NCBI GenBank assembly: GCA_018304425.1
Contig: JAGVWE010000006.1
Span: 3,175 to 67,174, forward strand
Direction: 5' to 3'
DNA: 64,000 nucleotides
Source: Candidatus Iainarchaeum sp.
Lineage (GTDB): Archaea > Iainarchaeota > Iainarchaeia > Iainarchaeales > UBA10219
Shown: one piece after another, positions 36,959-46,971 of the stretch
Layout: each line of letters opens with the position of its first letter
Position numbering within the stretch: the first letter of the stretch is position 1
Translations under genes and position numbers: made by a program
Notes under the pieces: model-generated
Told to the model about the DNA's origin: nothing
Databases searched by the model: none
The model's input: only the letters and a program-made list of their open reading frames with translations

Positions 36959-38039
36959 AACAGTTAATTCTCTCCACTATTCTATGACCCGCTTTCCCGT
37001 CCCCGAACGGGCTGGAACCCGCAAAAGGCTTCCCGCCACCAGAACGGTTGAACTGCTTATACGCTTCAAGTATTTTTTTGACTGAATAACCTGCCAATAC
37101 CCCGTGACGGCCCAGCACTTCGGGGCGCTCGGTGTTGTTCCGCACAATGATAACCGGCTTTTTGTAAATGGTGGCCTCTTCTTGAATGCCGCCGGAGTCA
37201 GTTACCATTAACTTGCTGTGGCTGCATAAGTTCAGGAAATCGAGGTATCCAAGCGGTTCAATGAAGGAGAGGTTGGAGTGGTTCTTGAATTTATTGAACA
37301 ACCCAAATCGCTTGAGCATTTTGAGGGAGCGGGGATGAACCGGATAGATTACGGGCTCCTTGAATTTTGCCACGGCTGAAAGCACGGCTTTCAGTCTCGG
37401 CTTGACATCCACGGTTTCCTGGCGGTGGGCCGTGAGCACCACATAAGCGCCTTCCTCCAGTGAAAGACGCTCTAGAATCCGTGATTTTTTGGCCTTGTGC
37501 AGGTTTTTGGTGGTGGCTTCCACAATGGGGTTGCCGGTGAGGAAAATAGTCTTCCTATCCACGCCCTCTGCCTGCAGGTTCCCCACGGCAGTCTTGGTCG
37601 GCGCAAAGTTCAGCAAAGCCAGATGGTCGGCCATGATGCGGTTTACCTCTTCGGGCATGTTCAGGTCAAAGCTCCGCAAACCGGCTTCCACGTGCGCGAA
37701 CGGAACGCCCATCTTAGCTGAAACAAGGGCTGCGGCAAGAACGGAGTTTGTGTCTCCTTCGGCCACCACCAGAGCGGGTTCCTTGCCCTTGAACGCCCGC
37801 GCCAATGCCGAAACCATTTTGTCGACTTGCCTTCCATTGCTTTCCTCTACAACGCCCAGATTGAGATCCGGAGAGGGGAGGGCCAACTCATTCAAAAAAA
37901 CCGAGCTTAGGGAAGGGCTGTAATGCTGCCCTGTGTGAACAAGCAACAAATTTTTCCGATAACGTTTCTTGAGTGACTTCACGATGGGGGAAAGCTTTAT
38001 TATTTCGGGCCTGGTTCCAAACACGATAGCAATACGCAT
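36933..38039 (-). CDS. wecB: UDP-N-acetylglucosamine 2-epimerase (non-hydrolysing)
   Basis: MRIAIVFGTRPEIIKLSPIV, VHTGQHY and HVEAGLRS match WecB/MnaA family motifs. 368 aa. Confidence 0.9.
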   Translation of the reverse strand: MRIAIVFGTRPEIIKLSPIVKSLKKRYRKNLLLVHTGQHYSPSLSSVFLNELALPSPDLNLGVVEESNGRQVDKMVSALARAFKGKEPALVVAEGDTNSVLAAALVSAKMGVPFAHVEAGLRSFDLNMPEEVNRIMADHLALLNFAPTKTAVGNLQAEGVDRKTIFLTGNPIVEATTKNLHKAKKSRILERLSLEEGAYVVLTAHRQETVDVKPRLKAVLSAVAKFKEPVIYPVHPRSLKMLKRFGLFNKFKNHSNLSFIEPLGYLDFLNLCSHSKLMVTDSGGIQEEATIYKKPVIIVRNNTERPEVLGRHGVLAGYSVKKILEAYKQFNRSGGGKPFAGSSPFGDGKAGHRIVERINCFVDSVRQD

Positions 38040-38047
38040 AGCATCCC

Positions 38048-38857
38048 TTACTTCAGCGCCACGGCCGTTGTGCCATACCCAAAATAATTGAGGGGAAAGG
38101 TCTTTCTTAGTTTGTCAATCAAACGCTGGAATGGGAGGGTAAAAGGCAGGTAAGCGCAAAGATATGGAATACAAAGGGTGGAGGCCTCTAAGGCTCGAAC
38201 CTGGAACTTGGCTTGCCTCAGCCGGTGCAAGAAAACCCAGGGGTATTGCCATAAGTGGGGGAACTCTTCCTTGCAGGCATATTTTTCATAGACTCCCTGA
38301 CCAAGCAAGTTAACGAGCACCAGAAAAACCCCTTTGAGCAGCGCAACAGGCGCATTTAATGTGAGCTCCCAGAACCTTCCGCCCCCAATCATTGTCATGC
38401 TGCAAAGGTTTAAACAGGTTGGCACTGCAATGACCGCTCGGGAGTTGGTTACCCGCCATATCTCTCTTAGGCCCTTGTCAAAGTCAGGCAAGTGCTCCAA
38501 TACATGGGACGAGACGACGCAGTCAAAGCCATTATCCTTGAAGGGTAGGTTTTCAGCGTCTGCCACGACAAAGTAAACGTTTTGCACGTCTTTCTCTGAA
38601 AGGATGCGTCGTGCGGTCTGAATGTTGGGACAGGAGAGGTCAACCGCTACGAGGGCGCGGCAGTTGTGCGCGAGAAGGAAGGCCAATACGCCTTCCCCGC
38701 AGCCGGTGTCCAAGACGAAAGCATGAGGTGGAACATGCTCGACAATGGAGGCATACTGCTGGCGGTGGGCATACCGGCGGAGGGGGTTAGGAGACTCGAA
38801 GCGCTTGGCCCAAATCGCGTCCGCGTGAGCGAAATAGCCCTCCTTTGTCTTGTCCAT
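38048..38857 (-). CDS. Class I SAM-dependent methyltransferase
   Basis: VLDTGCGEGVLAFLL (motif I) ... VVSSHVLEHL matches the type-11 MTase pattern. Confidence 0.75.
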   Translation of the reverse strand: MDKTKEGYFAHADAIWAKRFESPNPLRRYAHRQQYASIVEHVPPHAFVLDTGCGEGVLAFLLAHNCRALVAVDLSCPNIQTARRILSEKDVQNVYFVVADAENLPFKDNGFDCVVSSHVLEHLPDFDKGLREIWRVTNSRAVIAVPTCLNLCSMTMIGGGRFWELTLNAPVALLKGVFLVLVNLLGQGVYEKYACKEEFPHLWQYPWVFLHRLRQAKFQVRALEASTLCIPYLCAYLPFTLPFQRLIDKLRKTFPLNYFGYGTTAVALK

Positions 38858-40068
38858 TAAGCATCTCCCTCGATGAAGCCAAGGACTGCCCTTGCCCTCT
38901 TTTCCCAGGTATATTTTTGCATTACTTCTTTTTTCGCGTTTTCGCCGATTTTTTTCGCAAGCGCCTCATCAGTCAGAACCCGTAAAATACCGTTGGCAAG
39001 GGATTCCGAGTCAGATGGCCTGACAAGAACGGCGCTTGTCCCATCCTGCAGTATTTCCCGTATCGATGGAAGACCAGTGGCCACAATGGGTTTTCCGGCG
39101 GCCATGTACTCGAATAATTTTAGAGGGGATGCGTAATACGCGAAATGCTCGGTCCATGGGAAGGGGATGACACAGACGTCAAAGGAATTAATGAATTGCT
39201 TGACTTCAGCCGGCACAACATAGTCGAATACCAACAGTTTTTCGTTCATGCCAAGCTTGGCCGCCAAAGTCGTATACCCTGGAATCATCTCCTTGGGCCC
39301 TCCGACCAGGCACAGCATTGTTTCAGGAAATTTCCGCAAAACAATCTGCATGGCTTGAATCAGCGTCTCGAGCCCTTTTTCCATGCCAAGCGTGTGGAAC
39401 CGGCCAATGTAGCCGATTATTTTTTTGTCCGGCAAGCCAAGCCGTTCCTTTGTGGTTACCGAAGGCTCAGAAAACGAAAGCACGCGTTCGTCAACAGCGT
39501 CATGGGCCACAAGGATCCTTTCAGGTCGTATGCCGGCAAGCTTTGAAAGCCTCTCCCTGGTTGCATGGGTCAGAACAACGTAGGAAAAGCGCTTGGAGAG
39601 CGCCAGCAAAAAGAAAATGGAGTGGGGATGCAGGGAGTGAAGTTCAAAAACCACCCTTATTTTCTTGAACAAGGCGATTAACCTGAGAAGGCTCGCGGTA
39701 GGGTAATCCCTTACATAATAAATGTCGGCTGTGTCACGCAAGAGAAGGAAAAAAAACAAGGCGAAGAGAAAACTCGCACAATATAGTGGAAACGCCAGCA
39801 ACCGTTGCACGATGTAGGGGGTAACCTCAAGCAGGTCAATGCAGGGCAGTTGCCTGAAGTTAAATGGGTTTACGCCATAATAAGAAAAAATATTTGGGCT
39901 GTGTTGGGCCCTCATTTCCTTTGACTGGTGCCATCGTTTTGGAACAATCAAGGTGACTTCAAGCCCTTTGGAGACAAGGGCGCTGCAGAACTTCATAATC
40001 TGATTGCTTTGGGCCTTTTCCGAGGGAATTCGGGCAAGCGACAGGTAAACCAACTTCATGCAAGGCAA
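38857..40068 (-). CDS. Family 4 glycosyltransferase
   Basis: GT-B C-terminal domain GYIGRFHTLGMEKGLETLIQAM...GGPKE plus an E-x7-E region. Confidence 0.8.
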   Translation of the reverse strand: MPCMKLVYLSLARIPSEKAQSNQIMKFCSALVSKGLEVTLIVPKRWHQSKEMRAQHSPNIFSYYGVNPFNFRQLPCIDLLEVTPYIVQRLLAFPLYCASFLFALFFFLLLRDTADIYYVRDYPTASLLRLIALFKKIRVVFELHSLHPHSIFFLLALSKRFSYVVLTHATRERLSKLAGIRPERILVAHDAVDERVLSFSEPSVTTKERLGLPDKKIIGYIGRFHTLGMEKGLETLIQAMQIVLRKFPETMLCLVGGPKEMIPGYTTLAAKLGMNEKLLVFDYVVPAEVKQFINSFDVCVIPFPWTEHFAYYASPLKLFEYMAAGKPIVATGLPSIREILQDGTSAVLVRPSDSESLANGILRVLTDEALAKKIGENAKKEVMQKYTWEKRARAVLGFIEGDA

Positions 40069-41168
40069 CCCCTAAACACGTTAACCAGGTTATTGGCCAG
40101 GTTTTTTATAGAGTGCTTTTCCACTACCCTCCTTCGAAGCCCTTTGGAAAGGCGGGCCCGCTGTTTTTGGTCAAGGCTTAAAACAAACTCTATTTTCTTG
40201 GCAAGGCTTGTTGAGTCACCCTCAGCAAAGAAAAGAGGTTCACCAAACGCACCCAACAGTTTTTTCAGGGCTATATTCGAAGTCAACAGAAGGAGCCCGG
40301 TTGACATCGCTTCAAGTGCTGCCTTGTCAATGCTTCCCGTTCTGCTTGCGTGAAGAAACACCCCATAGCCACGCAAGCGGGTGGGCAACGCAGAGAAAGC
40401 CACGCCGCCCAAAAAGCACACGGTTTTTTCCAACCAGCATGCCAAGACTTTTTGCTTGAGCGAAGCAAGATAAGCAATACCTTGAGGCATTAGGGGTTCA
40501 CCGATGACGTCAAGCATGAGGTCTTGGAATCCCCGAGTTCTAAGCCGGGACATCGCCGCAACCAGGGTTTCATAGTCTTTGATAGGGCTTATTCTGCCCA
40601 CCGAGACAAATTTTCTTGCGTCTGGAATAAATCCAGGCAAGGGCTTAAAAAAATCGGTGTCAATGCCCTGGCCTACCACGACTTTCTTTGGGCTGGGAAG
40701 GCGAAAGCCTTCCGCAGAGGAGGTTACAATTTTCGTGGCAAACGCCTCTGCTACCCGAAGCAGCAGGCTAACGTTTTTATGGGCGTACCACATCACAATT
40801 GGTTTCCCATACAGCGCAGCAAATGGGGCCATCAAGAGCGTGAATTCAGGAAACATGTGGCAGAAGATGACGTCCACCCGGTGCCGGGAAAAAATCATGG
40901 AAACGGTTTTCAGGAAGCGGGGCAACAAAAACAGGGGGTGAGGCACGCGCGATTTGTTTAGTGAATAGATGGTGATGTTCGGCGGCAGGTTTGTTTCGCA
41001 GGCATCCAAAGTCAACACCACAAGTGAATCCACTTGGGTTGCCAGTGCCCTAATCCAGCCACAGGCAAAACCCAGGAAGGGGTCGGATGGATCCACTTTG
41101 GGGGTGAACATCAGGACGTTCATGGTTTTCCCCTGTGGCTGCCCCCCAGAATGAACAACCGGTGCCAT
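40056..41168 (-). CDS. Family 4 glycosyltransferase
   Basis: GT-B architecture. C-terminal region has an ...EAMSTGLLLL... E-x7-E-like motif. Confidence 0.8.
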   Translation of the reverse strand: MAPVVHSGGQPQGKTMNVLMFTPKVDPSDPFLGFACGWIRALATQVDSLVVLTLDACETNLPPNITIYSLNKSRVPHPLFLLPRFLKTVSMIFSRHRVDVIFCHMFPEFTLLMAPFAALYGKPIVMWYAHKNVSLLLRVAEAFATKIVTSSAEGFRLPSPKKVVVGQGIDTDFFKPLPGFIPDARKFVSVGRISPIKDYETLVAAMSRLRTRGFQDLMLDVIGEPLMPQGIAYLASLKQKVLACWLEKTVCFLGGVAFSALPTRLRGYGVFLHASRTGSIDKAALEAMSTGLLLLTSNIALKKLLGAFGEPLFFAEGDSTSLAKKIEFVLSLDQKQRARLSKGLRRRVVEKHSIKNLANNLVNVFRGCLA

Positions 41169-43012
41169 TCGGAGAAGGCCAAGAGCGTCATAAGCTTGGA
41201 TATCTGACGGCTACGCCATTTCTTCTGTGCCGCGATCCGCTCGACGAGGGCATGCACGGCGCGGTCGTCGAAAAGGTTGCAATGAGCCTTTAATTCTCCA
41301 AACCGTTGTTCGGCGTATTCCCGCAGTTCCGCGTCAAACCAAAGTTTCAACGGCAGCTGGAAGCCCTGCTTGGCACGCGCCAAAATAGGCGGTGGCAGCT
41401 TGTCTTTGACGCTCTTCAAATAAAGGTAGCGCAATCCCCCTTTTCCAAACCCTTTCACCAATAGGTTGAGCGGGAGGGTAAATGAAAACTCGACCAGTTT
41501 GTGGCTGGCCAGGGGAACCCTTCCCTCCAATGAATGCGCCATCGTTATTTTGTCGAAATTTTGCAGAACGTAGTACTGGAACCAGTTCGCATAATCTGCG
41601 TAGCGCAGTTGATTGAGGTAATCGAATTTCCGGGCCGCCGAAAAATATTGGGCTGCAAGCCTTTTCGGCGTATCTGCCAGCACTTGACTTTTGACTTCCT
41701 CCGAGACCACCAGCCGCTTCTCGTCCTCATCCATCACGGCATTGACGGCCAAATAGTTCTCTTCGAGGGTCTTCTCAGCGAAGCGGAGGGGGCTTTGAAG
41801 CGAGGGCGCAAATTCGAAGGGAGCGTGTCGACCCGCCATGGAGGCTAGGAGGCGCCGGACAGGGGATGGCAGGCATTCGAAAGCCCTTTGTGTTTTGGCG
41901 AGGAGATACTTTTCATAGGTGGCAAAAGCTTCGTCGCCTCCGCTACCTGTGAGAACAACTTTCACGTGCTTTCTCGCCAATTCCGCCAGGTAATATTCTG
42001 CGATATAGTGTTCTGGGGCCGTCGGCTGCTCGAGGTGCCACAGGATTTTTGATAAATCGCGGAGGACACGCGGTTTGACGATGAACTCATGGTGGTCGGT
42101 GTCATAGAGACGTGCTATTTCAGCGGCGTACGGCAGCTCGTTGTAGCAACCTTCACTCTCAAACCCTATGGTGAAACTGGCAAGGGGCACCTCGCTTGAC
42201 TCGCGCAAAAAGCCGAGCACGGCGCTGGAATCGATGCCGCCAGACAGATAAATCCCGATGGGCACGTCGCTTATTAGGCGTTCCTGCACGGCTTGTCGGA
42301 TTACTTCGCGCGTGCGGGCAATGAAATAAGCCTCAGTGCCGGTAGAAATGTTTTCTTTCAGTTGCCAATAGCGCCAGCAACGGATGCCAGCAGCATCCAC
42401 CGTCATGGCATGGGCGGCAGGCAGGCTAAAGACGCCTTTGAACATGGTTTCGGGGGTGGGCACGAATCTGAAGGTGAGATAGCCGTCCAATGCTTGGAAG
42501 TTCACTTCCGGTTCCACTGCAGGGAATGCAAGCAGGGCCTTTATTTCCGAAGCAAAAAGGAATACCCCTTCATTCTGCCAATAGTAAAGGGGTTTCTTAC
42601 CTGTTCGATCGCGTGCCAAAAACAATTGTTTTTTGTTTGCATCCCAGATCGCGAAGGCAAACATGCCGTTCAAGCGTTGAAGGCAATCAAAACCGTATTC
42701 CTCGTAGGCATGGATGACGGATTCCGTATCGGCATTCGTGGCGAATCTGTGGCCTTTTGCCTCTAGTTCCTGCCGTAATTCCCTGTAGTTCCAGATTTCA
42801 CCATTGAAAACAATCCACACGCTGCCGTCCTCGTTGGACATCGGCTGGTGCCCGCCTGCGAGGTCAATAATGCTTAAGCGACGGAATCCCAATTCGAGGT
42901 TTTTGTCAGAGTAATAGCCTTCGTCGTCGGGGCCGCGGTGTTCCATGATTCGAGTCATGGACTTAATCAATTGCTTGTCATTGAATCCATACACGCCACA
43001 AATGCCGCACAC
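41120..43012 (-). CDS. asnB: Asparagine synthase (glutamine-hydrolysing)-like amidotransferase
   Basis: Ntn Cys at the N-terminus (CGICGVYGF), SGGIDSS PP-loop, and about 630 aa. The start was moved to the GTG preceding Cys so that Cys becomes residue 2. The track ORF begins 3 codons upstream. Confidence 0.85.
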   Translation of the reverse strand: MCGICGVYGFNDKQLIKSMTRIMEHRGPDDEGYYSDKNLELGFRRLSIIDLAGGHQPMSNEDGSVWIVFNGEIWNYRELRQELEAKGHRFATNADTESVIHAYEEYGFDCLQRLNGMFAFAIWDANKKQLFLARDRTGKKPLYYWQNEGVFLFASEIKALLAFPAVEPEVNFQALDGYLTFRFVPTPETMFKGVFSLPAAHAMTVDAAGIRCWRYWQLKENISTGTEAYFIARTREVIRQAVQERLISDVPIGIYLSGGIDSSAVLGFLRESSEVPLASFTIGFESEGCYNELPYAAEIARLYDTDHHEFIVKPRVLRDLSKILWHLEQPTAPEHYIAEYYLAELARKHVKVVLTGSGGDEAFATYEKYLLAKTQRAFECLPSPVRRLLASMAGRHAPFEFAPSLQSPLRFAEKTLEENYLAVNAVMDEDEKRLVVSEEVKSQVLADTPKRLAAQYFSAARKFDYLNQLRYADYANWFQYYVLQNFDKITMAHSLEGRVPLASHKLVEFSFTLPLNLLVKGFGKGGLRYLYLKSVKDKLPPPILARAKQGFQLPLKLWFDAELREYAEQRFGELKAHCNLFDDRAVHALVERIAAQKKWRSRQISKLMTLLAFSEWHRLFILGGSHRGKP

Positions 43013-43017
43013 GAAAA

Positions 43018-44691
43018 TCACTTGACCCCATACAGCTCTATTGTTTCACCGTTTCTTTGACTAAACGCCTTAACTAATTCAAAACCTTGGCTTCCCTTAA
43101 CCTTTTGCCATAAATGCCCTTGATTTCCATCGTATAAAACAATGTATACCGGCAACCCTTTTCCTTTTAATCCCTGTACTCTGCGGTCGAATTCGTTAAC
43201 TGGGAATTCCGTTACCTTTCGTGAATGTCGCCTGTCATACTTAAGCGTGTAAAAAGAGAAATTAACCCAGTTCACCCGAATGTCATGCGAGGCAAGAATC
43301 ACCGCTGAATTGTCCGGAAAACTGTCAACAACGTATTTTGCTATATTGTCCAGATCTATCGTTGAGTAGCTGTTAGCATACGTGAAGATTGTCTCCTGCT
43401 TGTTCCCGACCAGCACAAAAGAGGGCAAGGCCACTGAAAGAATTAACAGAAACAGAATCTTCCGTTCATGGCCAACGAAAAACGTTTTCGCCAGCGAATT
43501 CGCTTCATTGAAGGCAACCAAGAAAAAAGCGGCAATCATCGGAAAGACAAACCTTGGCTCCTTGTTCGGAATAAGCGTAAAAACAACGAAGTAAACGGCG
43601 GTTAGTACAAGCAAAACCCGGGCAGCCGGATTTTTGTTTCTAAAAGCCCCATACAAACCAACCAAGCCAATCAAGAAAAGAGGCCAGTTTGCCACTTCAA
43701 GCAGAGCAACGAGGTAAAAAGCGATAACCCTTGCACCCATCGAAGAGATAGCGGATGAAGCGGAAAGTTTTTCGCTGCCTGGCAAAAGCCAGCCAAGAGT
43801 ATTTCCAATCAATGTTCCCCTCTCGGTTGAGTCCTCGGGAAAAAAGCCTGCAAACACGAGAACAAGTGCCAAGTAAAGCAAAAAACCGAGAAAGGCGCAG
43901 CCAAGAATTCTAACATTCTTCTGCCTCAAAAACACAAACGACCGGTGCTTGAGTAATAAGTAGAAGAATATTATTGGGAAAACCAGGGCAGCCGGAAACT
44001 TGATCATTGAACCAAGAAAGGCAGAGGCCGCTGCAAGAAAAGCGGGCCTGTTCAAACCTGATTGCTCGCTTTTCAGGAAATAATAAAGTGTTGCGAGAAC
44101 TGCAAAAGTCGAAGGGACATCCCGCATAATTAAAACAGAATGCTGCAGGAAAATAAAGCTCAGAGAAAAAGCCACGGTCGAAGCAATGGCGGCCGCCCTG
44201 CCAAATACTTGTCTGCCAAGCTTGTAAACAAAAACCAAGGCCAAAAACGAAAAAACCGTTGAAACGATTCTTGCAGCAAAGTCATTAACCCCAAACGCAG
44301 CAAACGAAGCAGCCATAACAAGTGCATACGCTGGCGGATAATTGAAGCCAGAGGAAAAGATTGCAAAGTAATTGGAAATATAACCGTAAACATATGTATA
44401 CAGCCAAGTGCCTGAAAGGCTTGTTGGCAGAGAATTCAAGAAATCTTTTGCAAGGTCATACACGAATATGCCCGCAATGGTGTGGCTACCTTCATCCCAC
44501 GTCAAAGAAAGATTGGATGCAAGTAAGAAAGTGAACACAGAGTAAGCAAAAAGATAGCCTATAAGAGCAGTCTCCGCCTTATGTACAATGCCATGGTTGC
44601 TGGCAATGGCGCCAAAATAGGCTCGTACCCTTTCAATAGAATTCATAGTTTCCCTGCCCCACCGTTGCCAAGAGTGAATGGTAATGGTCAT
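43018..44691 (-). CDS. GT-C-fold membrane glycosyltransferase, PMT/ArnT-like (paralog of 24870..26552)
   Basis: LTWDEGSHTIAGIFVYDL is the DE motif. More than 11 TM helices plus a C-terminal soluble domain. Lower-GC sequence. Confidence 0.7.
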   Translation of the reverse strand: MTITIHSWQRWGRETMNSIERVRAYFGAIASNHGIVHKAETALIGYLFAYSVFTFLLASNLSLTWDEGSHTIAGIFVYDLAKDFLNSLPTSLSGTWLYTYVYGYISNYFAIFSSGFNYPPAYALVMAASFAAFGVNDFAARIVSTVFSFLALVFVYKLGRQVFGRAAAIASTVAFSLSFIFLQHSVLIMRDVPSTFAVLATLYYFLKSEQSGLNRPAFLAAASAFLGSMIKFPAALVFPIIFFYLLLKHRSFVFLRQKNVRILGCAFLGFLLYLALVLVFAGFFPEDSTERGTLIGNTLGWLLPGSEKLSASSAISSMGARVIAFYLVALLEVANWPLFLIGLVGLYGAFRNKNPAARVLLVLTAVYFVVFTLIPNKEPRFVFPMIAAFFLVAFNEANSLAKTFFVGHERKILFLLILSVALPSFVLVGNKQETIFTYANSYSTIDLDNIAKYVVDSFPDNSAVILASHDIRVNWVNFSFYTLKYDRRHSRKVTEFPVNEFDRRVQGLKGKGLPVYIVLYDGNQGHLWQKVKGSQGFELVKAFSQRNGETIELYGVK

Positions 44692-45835
44692 AAAAGGATT
44701 GCTCCGAATACCGTCGGCGCACCAGTTCCCTGCCTTTTAAGCCTATTGAGGCTGCCTTGTCGGGGTGGTCAAATAAGTAAATCATTTTCTCGGCAAGTGC
44801 TTTGGGGTTCCTTGGCTTTACGAGGAAGCCGTTGACCCCATCGGTTACCAACTCAGGTATGGGCCCAATGGCAGTGGTTATTACGGGTTTGCCACAGGCA
44901 TTTGCTTCAACGATAACCCTACCAAAACCCTCGGAGAGGGTGGGAAAAACCAAAAGAGTGGAAGCAGCATACTCTTTTGCTAACTCCGCCAAGGACAGAA
45001 AGCCTTGAAATGCGACATTCTGTGTTAATCCCAGCTTGCCTACAAGTTCCTCCAACTCTTTCTTCCTTGGTCCTCCACCCCTAATCACTAGCCTAGCAGC
45101 TGGATGGCATTTAACAACTTCCGCCATTGCCAAGATAGTATCTTCGGGGGCTTTTCTCTTTCCAAGCGTTCCAACAAATAAAGCAATTTTTTCCTTGTTT
45201 TTGTTTTGTTGGGCTAAAAAAGGCTTCAAATCCATGTATCCCGGAAAAATGATAATGGGCTTTCCTGGCACCAACTGCTCGATTTTTTGCTTCATGTAGG
45301 CGGTTACGGCCCTAATCCAGTCTGCATGCGAAAAAGAATTTTTCACTACATAATGCAAGGCGCCTTTAGCCAGCCACTGAAAGGGCCCGCTCATCTCATG
45401 CAAATATGTTTCCTCCCACTCCCCGTGACAGTGAACAAGCAATTTTACCTCTCTCCCAAGAAGCCTTAGGAGTGAAGTAAGCCCTGAAGAGACAAATCCT
45501 GACACCACTGGATCCTCAGCATCTATGATGCGGACATTTCTTCGTAAGGCCAGCCATAATCCAAGAAAGCCGGTTACCAGAGTGTACCATAGGATATCCA
45601 AAAATGCTATTGGAAGCACGGGCACTAAGTGAAAATCTGCTCCACAACGGAATTTCAAAAATCTTGGCTGGTTTGTCCGCGCAATCACCGTTAACTGGTG
45701 TCCCTGAGAAAGATTCAACCACTTTGCCCGAATGCTATTATCAAATGGAACCACGTTGGCGCTCCATTTAACCCTCTTTTCAGTGCATTTGTTCGACTGA
45801 ACATAAATTGTTCGGCCGATAAACAACACGTTCAT
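44633..45835 (-). CDS. Family 4 glycosyltransferase
   Basis: C-terminal EGFGRVIVEANACGKPVITT (E-x7-E). Confidence 0.8.
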   Translation of the reverse strand: MNVLFIGRTIYVQSNKCTEKRVKWSANVVPFDNSIRAKWLNLSQGHQLTVIARTNQPRFLKFRCGADFHLVPVLPIAFLDILWYTLVTGFLGLWLALRRNVRIIDAEDPVVSGFVSSGLTSLLRLLGREVKLLVHCHGEWEETYLHEMSGPFQWLAKGALHYVVKNSFSHADWIRAVTAYMKQKIEQLVPGKPIIIFPGYMDLKPFLAQQNKNKEKIALFVGTLGKRKAPEDTILAMAEVVKCHPAARLVIRGGGPRKKELEELVGKLGLTQNVAFQGFLSLAELAKEYAASTLLVFPTLSEGFGRVIVEANACGKPVITTAIGPIPELVTDGVNGFLVKPRNPKALAEKMIYLFDHPDKAASIGLKGRELVRRRYSEQSFYDHYHSLLATVGQGNYEFY

Positions 45836-46971
45836 TGCTTCATCCCCTGTGCTTCCTCGAACACGGCCAGCGTGGCGTCGGCAAGCTTTCCCCAGGAATA
45901 ACCTTTAACCTTTTGCTTCGCGTTTTTGACGAGTTCCCGCGCAAAAGCCTGGTTGGAGAGCACTTGCTTGAGCCTGTCTGCCAGTTGGTTTAAGTCATGG
46001 GAATCAACGAGCAAGCCGTTCACGCCGTCTTCAATGAGTTCCCGGTTAGGTTCAAGGTCAGAGGCAAGAACGGGTGCACCAGCAGCCATGGCTTCCAAGA
46101 GCAAGTGGCTTTGGCCTTCGTATGAGCTGTACAAGACAAAGGCATCGCAAACGGAAAGGAACTGGAGGACTTTTTCGTGGGGTTGCCGCCCCAAAAACAA
46201 GGCATCCACCTTCAGTCGCTGCGCCAGTTCCTTGAGGTTCCGCTCCTGGTCCCCTTCCCCAATCACAACCAGCAGGGCATTGATTTTGTGGGCAGCCATG
46301 CATTCAATGATTTTGTCCACGCGCTTGAAGGGATAGAGGCGGCCAATCGTTAACACGATTGTTTGGTTGGACGGCAAACCCAGCGAGTCTCTTGTTAGTT
46401 CCGTGGTTGGAGGCTCCACCGCGTTTGAGACCAGGCGAAACTTGTTTTCCGGAATGCCCCACCCAGCCCACAACCGTTTATTGTAATTGCTCGGGACAAT
46501 GACAAAGTCAGCTCTATGGGCAACAAATTCCTGAATGAAACGAAGCAATTCAACTCGCAAGCCGAAGCGTTTTTGCTGGAATTCCTCAATATCCACTGCG
46601 CTACCAAGCCATCCTACGCGGACAGCATGCTCCCATGCAAAATTGCCTACAAGCCGAAGAATAAACGGCTTGTTCATAAGTTTGGCGGCGATTAAGGCAG
46701 GAACTCCTGCAATGACAGGATCAGTGGCAAGGATTACGTCACATTTTCTGGCATGAATTAACGCTTTCCAGGTCGCTAAAGGGATTTTAACCAATGGATG
46801 AAGGGTTCCATTAACCCAGAAAATGCTTTCCCTTGATGAACTCGGTTCACCATAAGTAATTACCTCCACTGAATGGCCTTTGGCTTTAAGCCGTTGAGAA
46901 AATTGCTTGCAATACGTTGCAGGACCGCCAATCTGGGGCGGGAATATACCTGAAAGAATGCATGCCTTCAT
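45832..46971 (-). CDS. Family 4 glycosyltransferase
   Basis: GIFPPQIGGPATY N-terminus and C-terminal EGQSHLLLEAMAAGAPVL. ATGA overlaps on both sides. Confidence 0.8.
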   Translation of the reverse strand: MKACILSGIFPPQIGGPATYCKQFSQRLKAKGHSVEVITYGEPSSSRESIFWVNGTLHPLVKIPLATWKALIHARKCDVILATDPVIAGVPALIAAKLMNKPFILRLVGNFAWEHAVRVGWLGSAVDIEEFQQKRFGLRVELLRFIQEFVAHRADFVIVPSNYNKRLWAGWGIPENKFRLVSNAVEPPTTELTRDSLGLPSNQTIVLTIGRLYPFKRVDKIIECMAAHKINALLVVIGEGDQERNLKELAQRLKVDALFLGRQPHEKVLQFLSVCDAFVLYSSYEGQSHLLLEAMAAGAPVLASDLEPNRELIEDGVNGLLVDSHDLNQLADRLKQVLSNQAFARELVKNAKQKVKGYSWGKLADATLAVFEEAQGMKQ

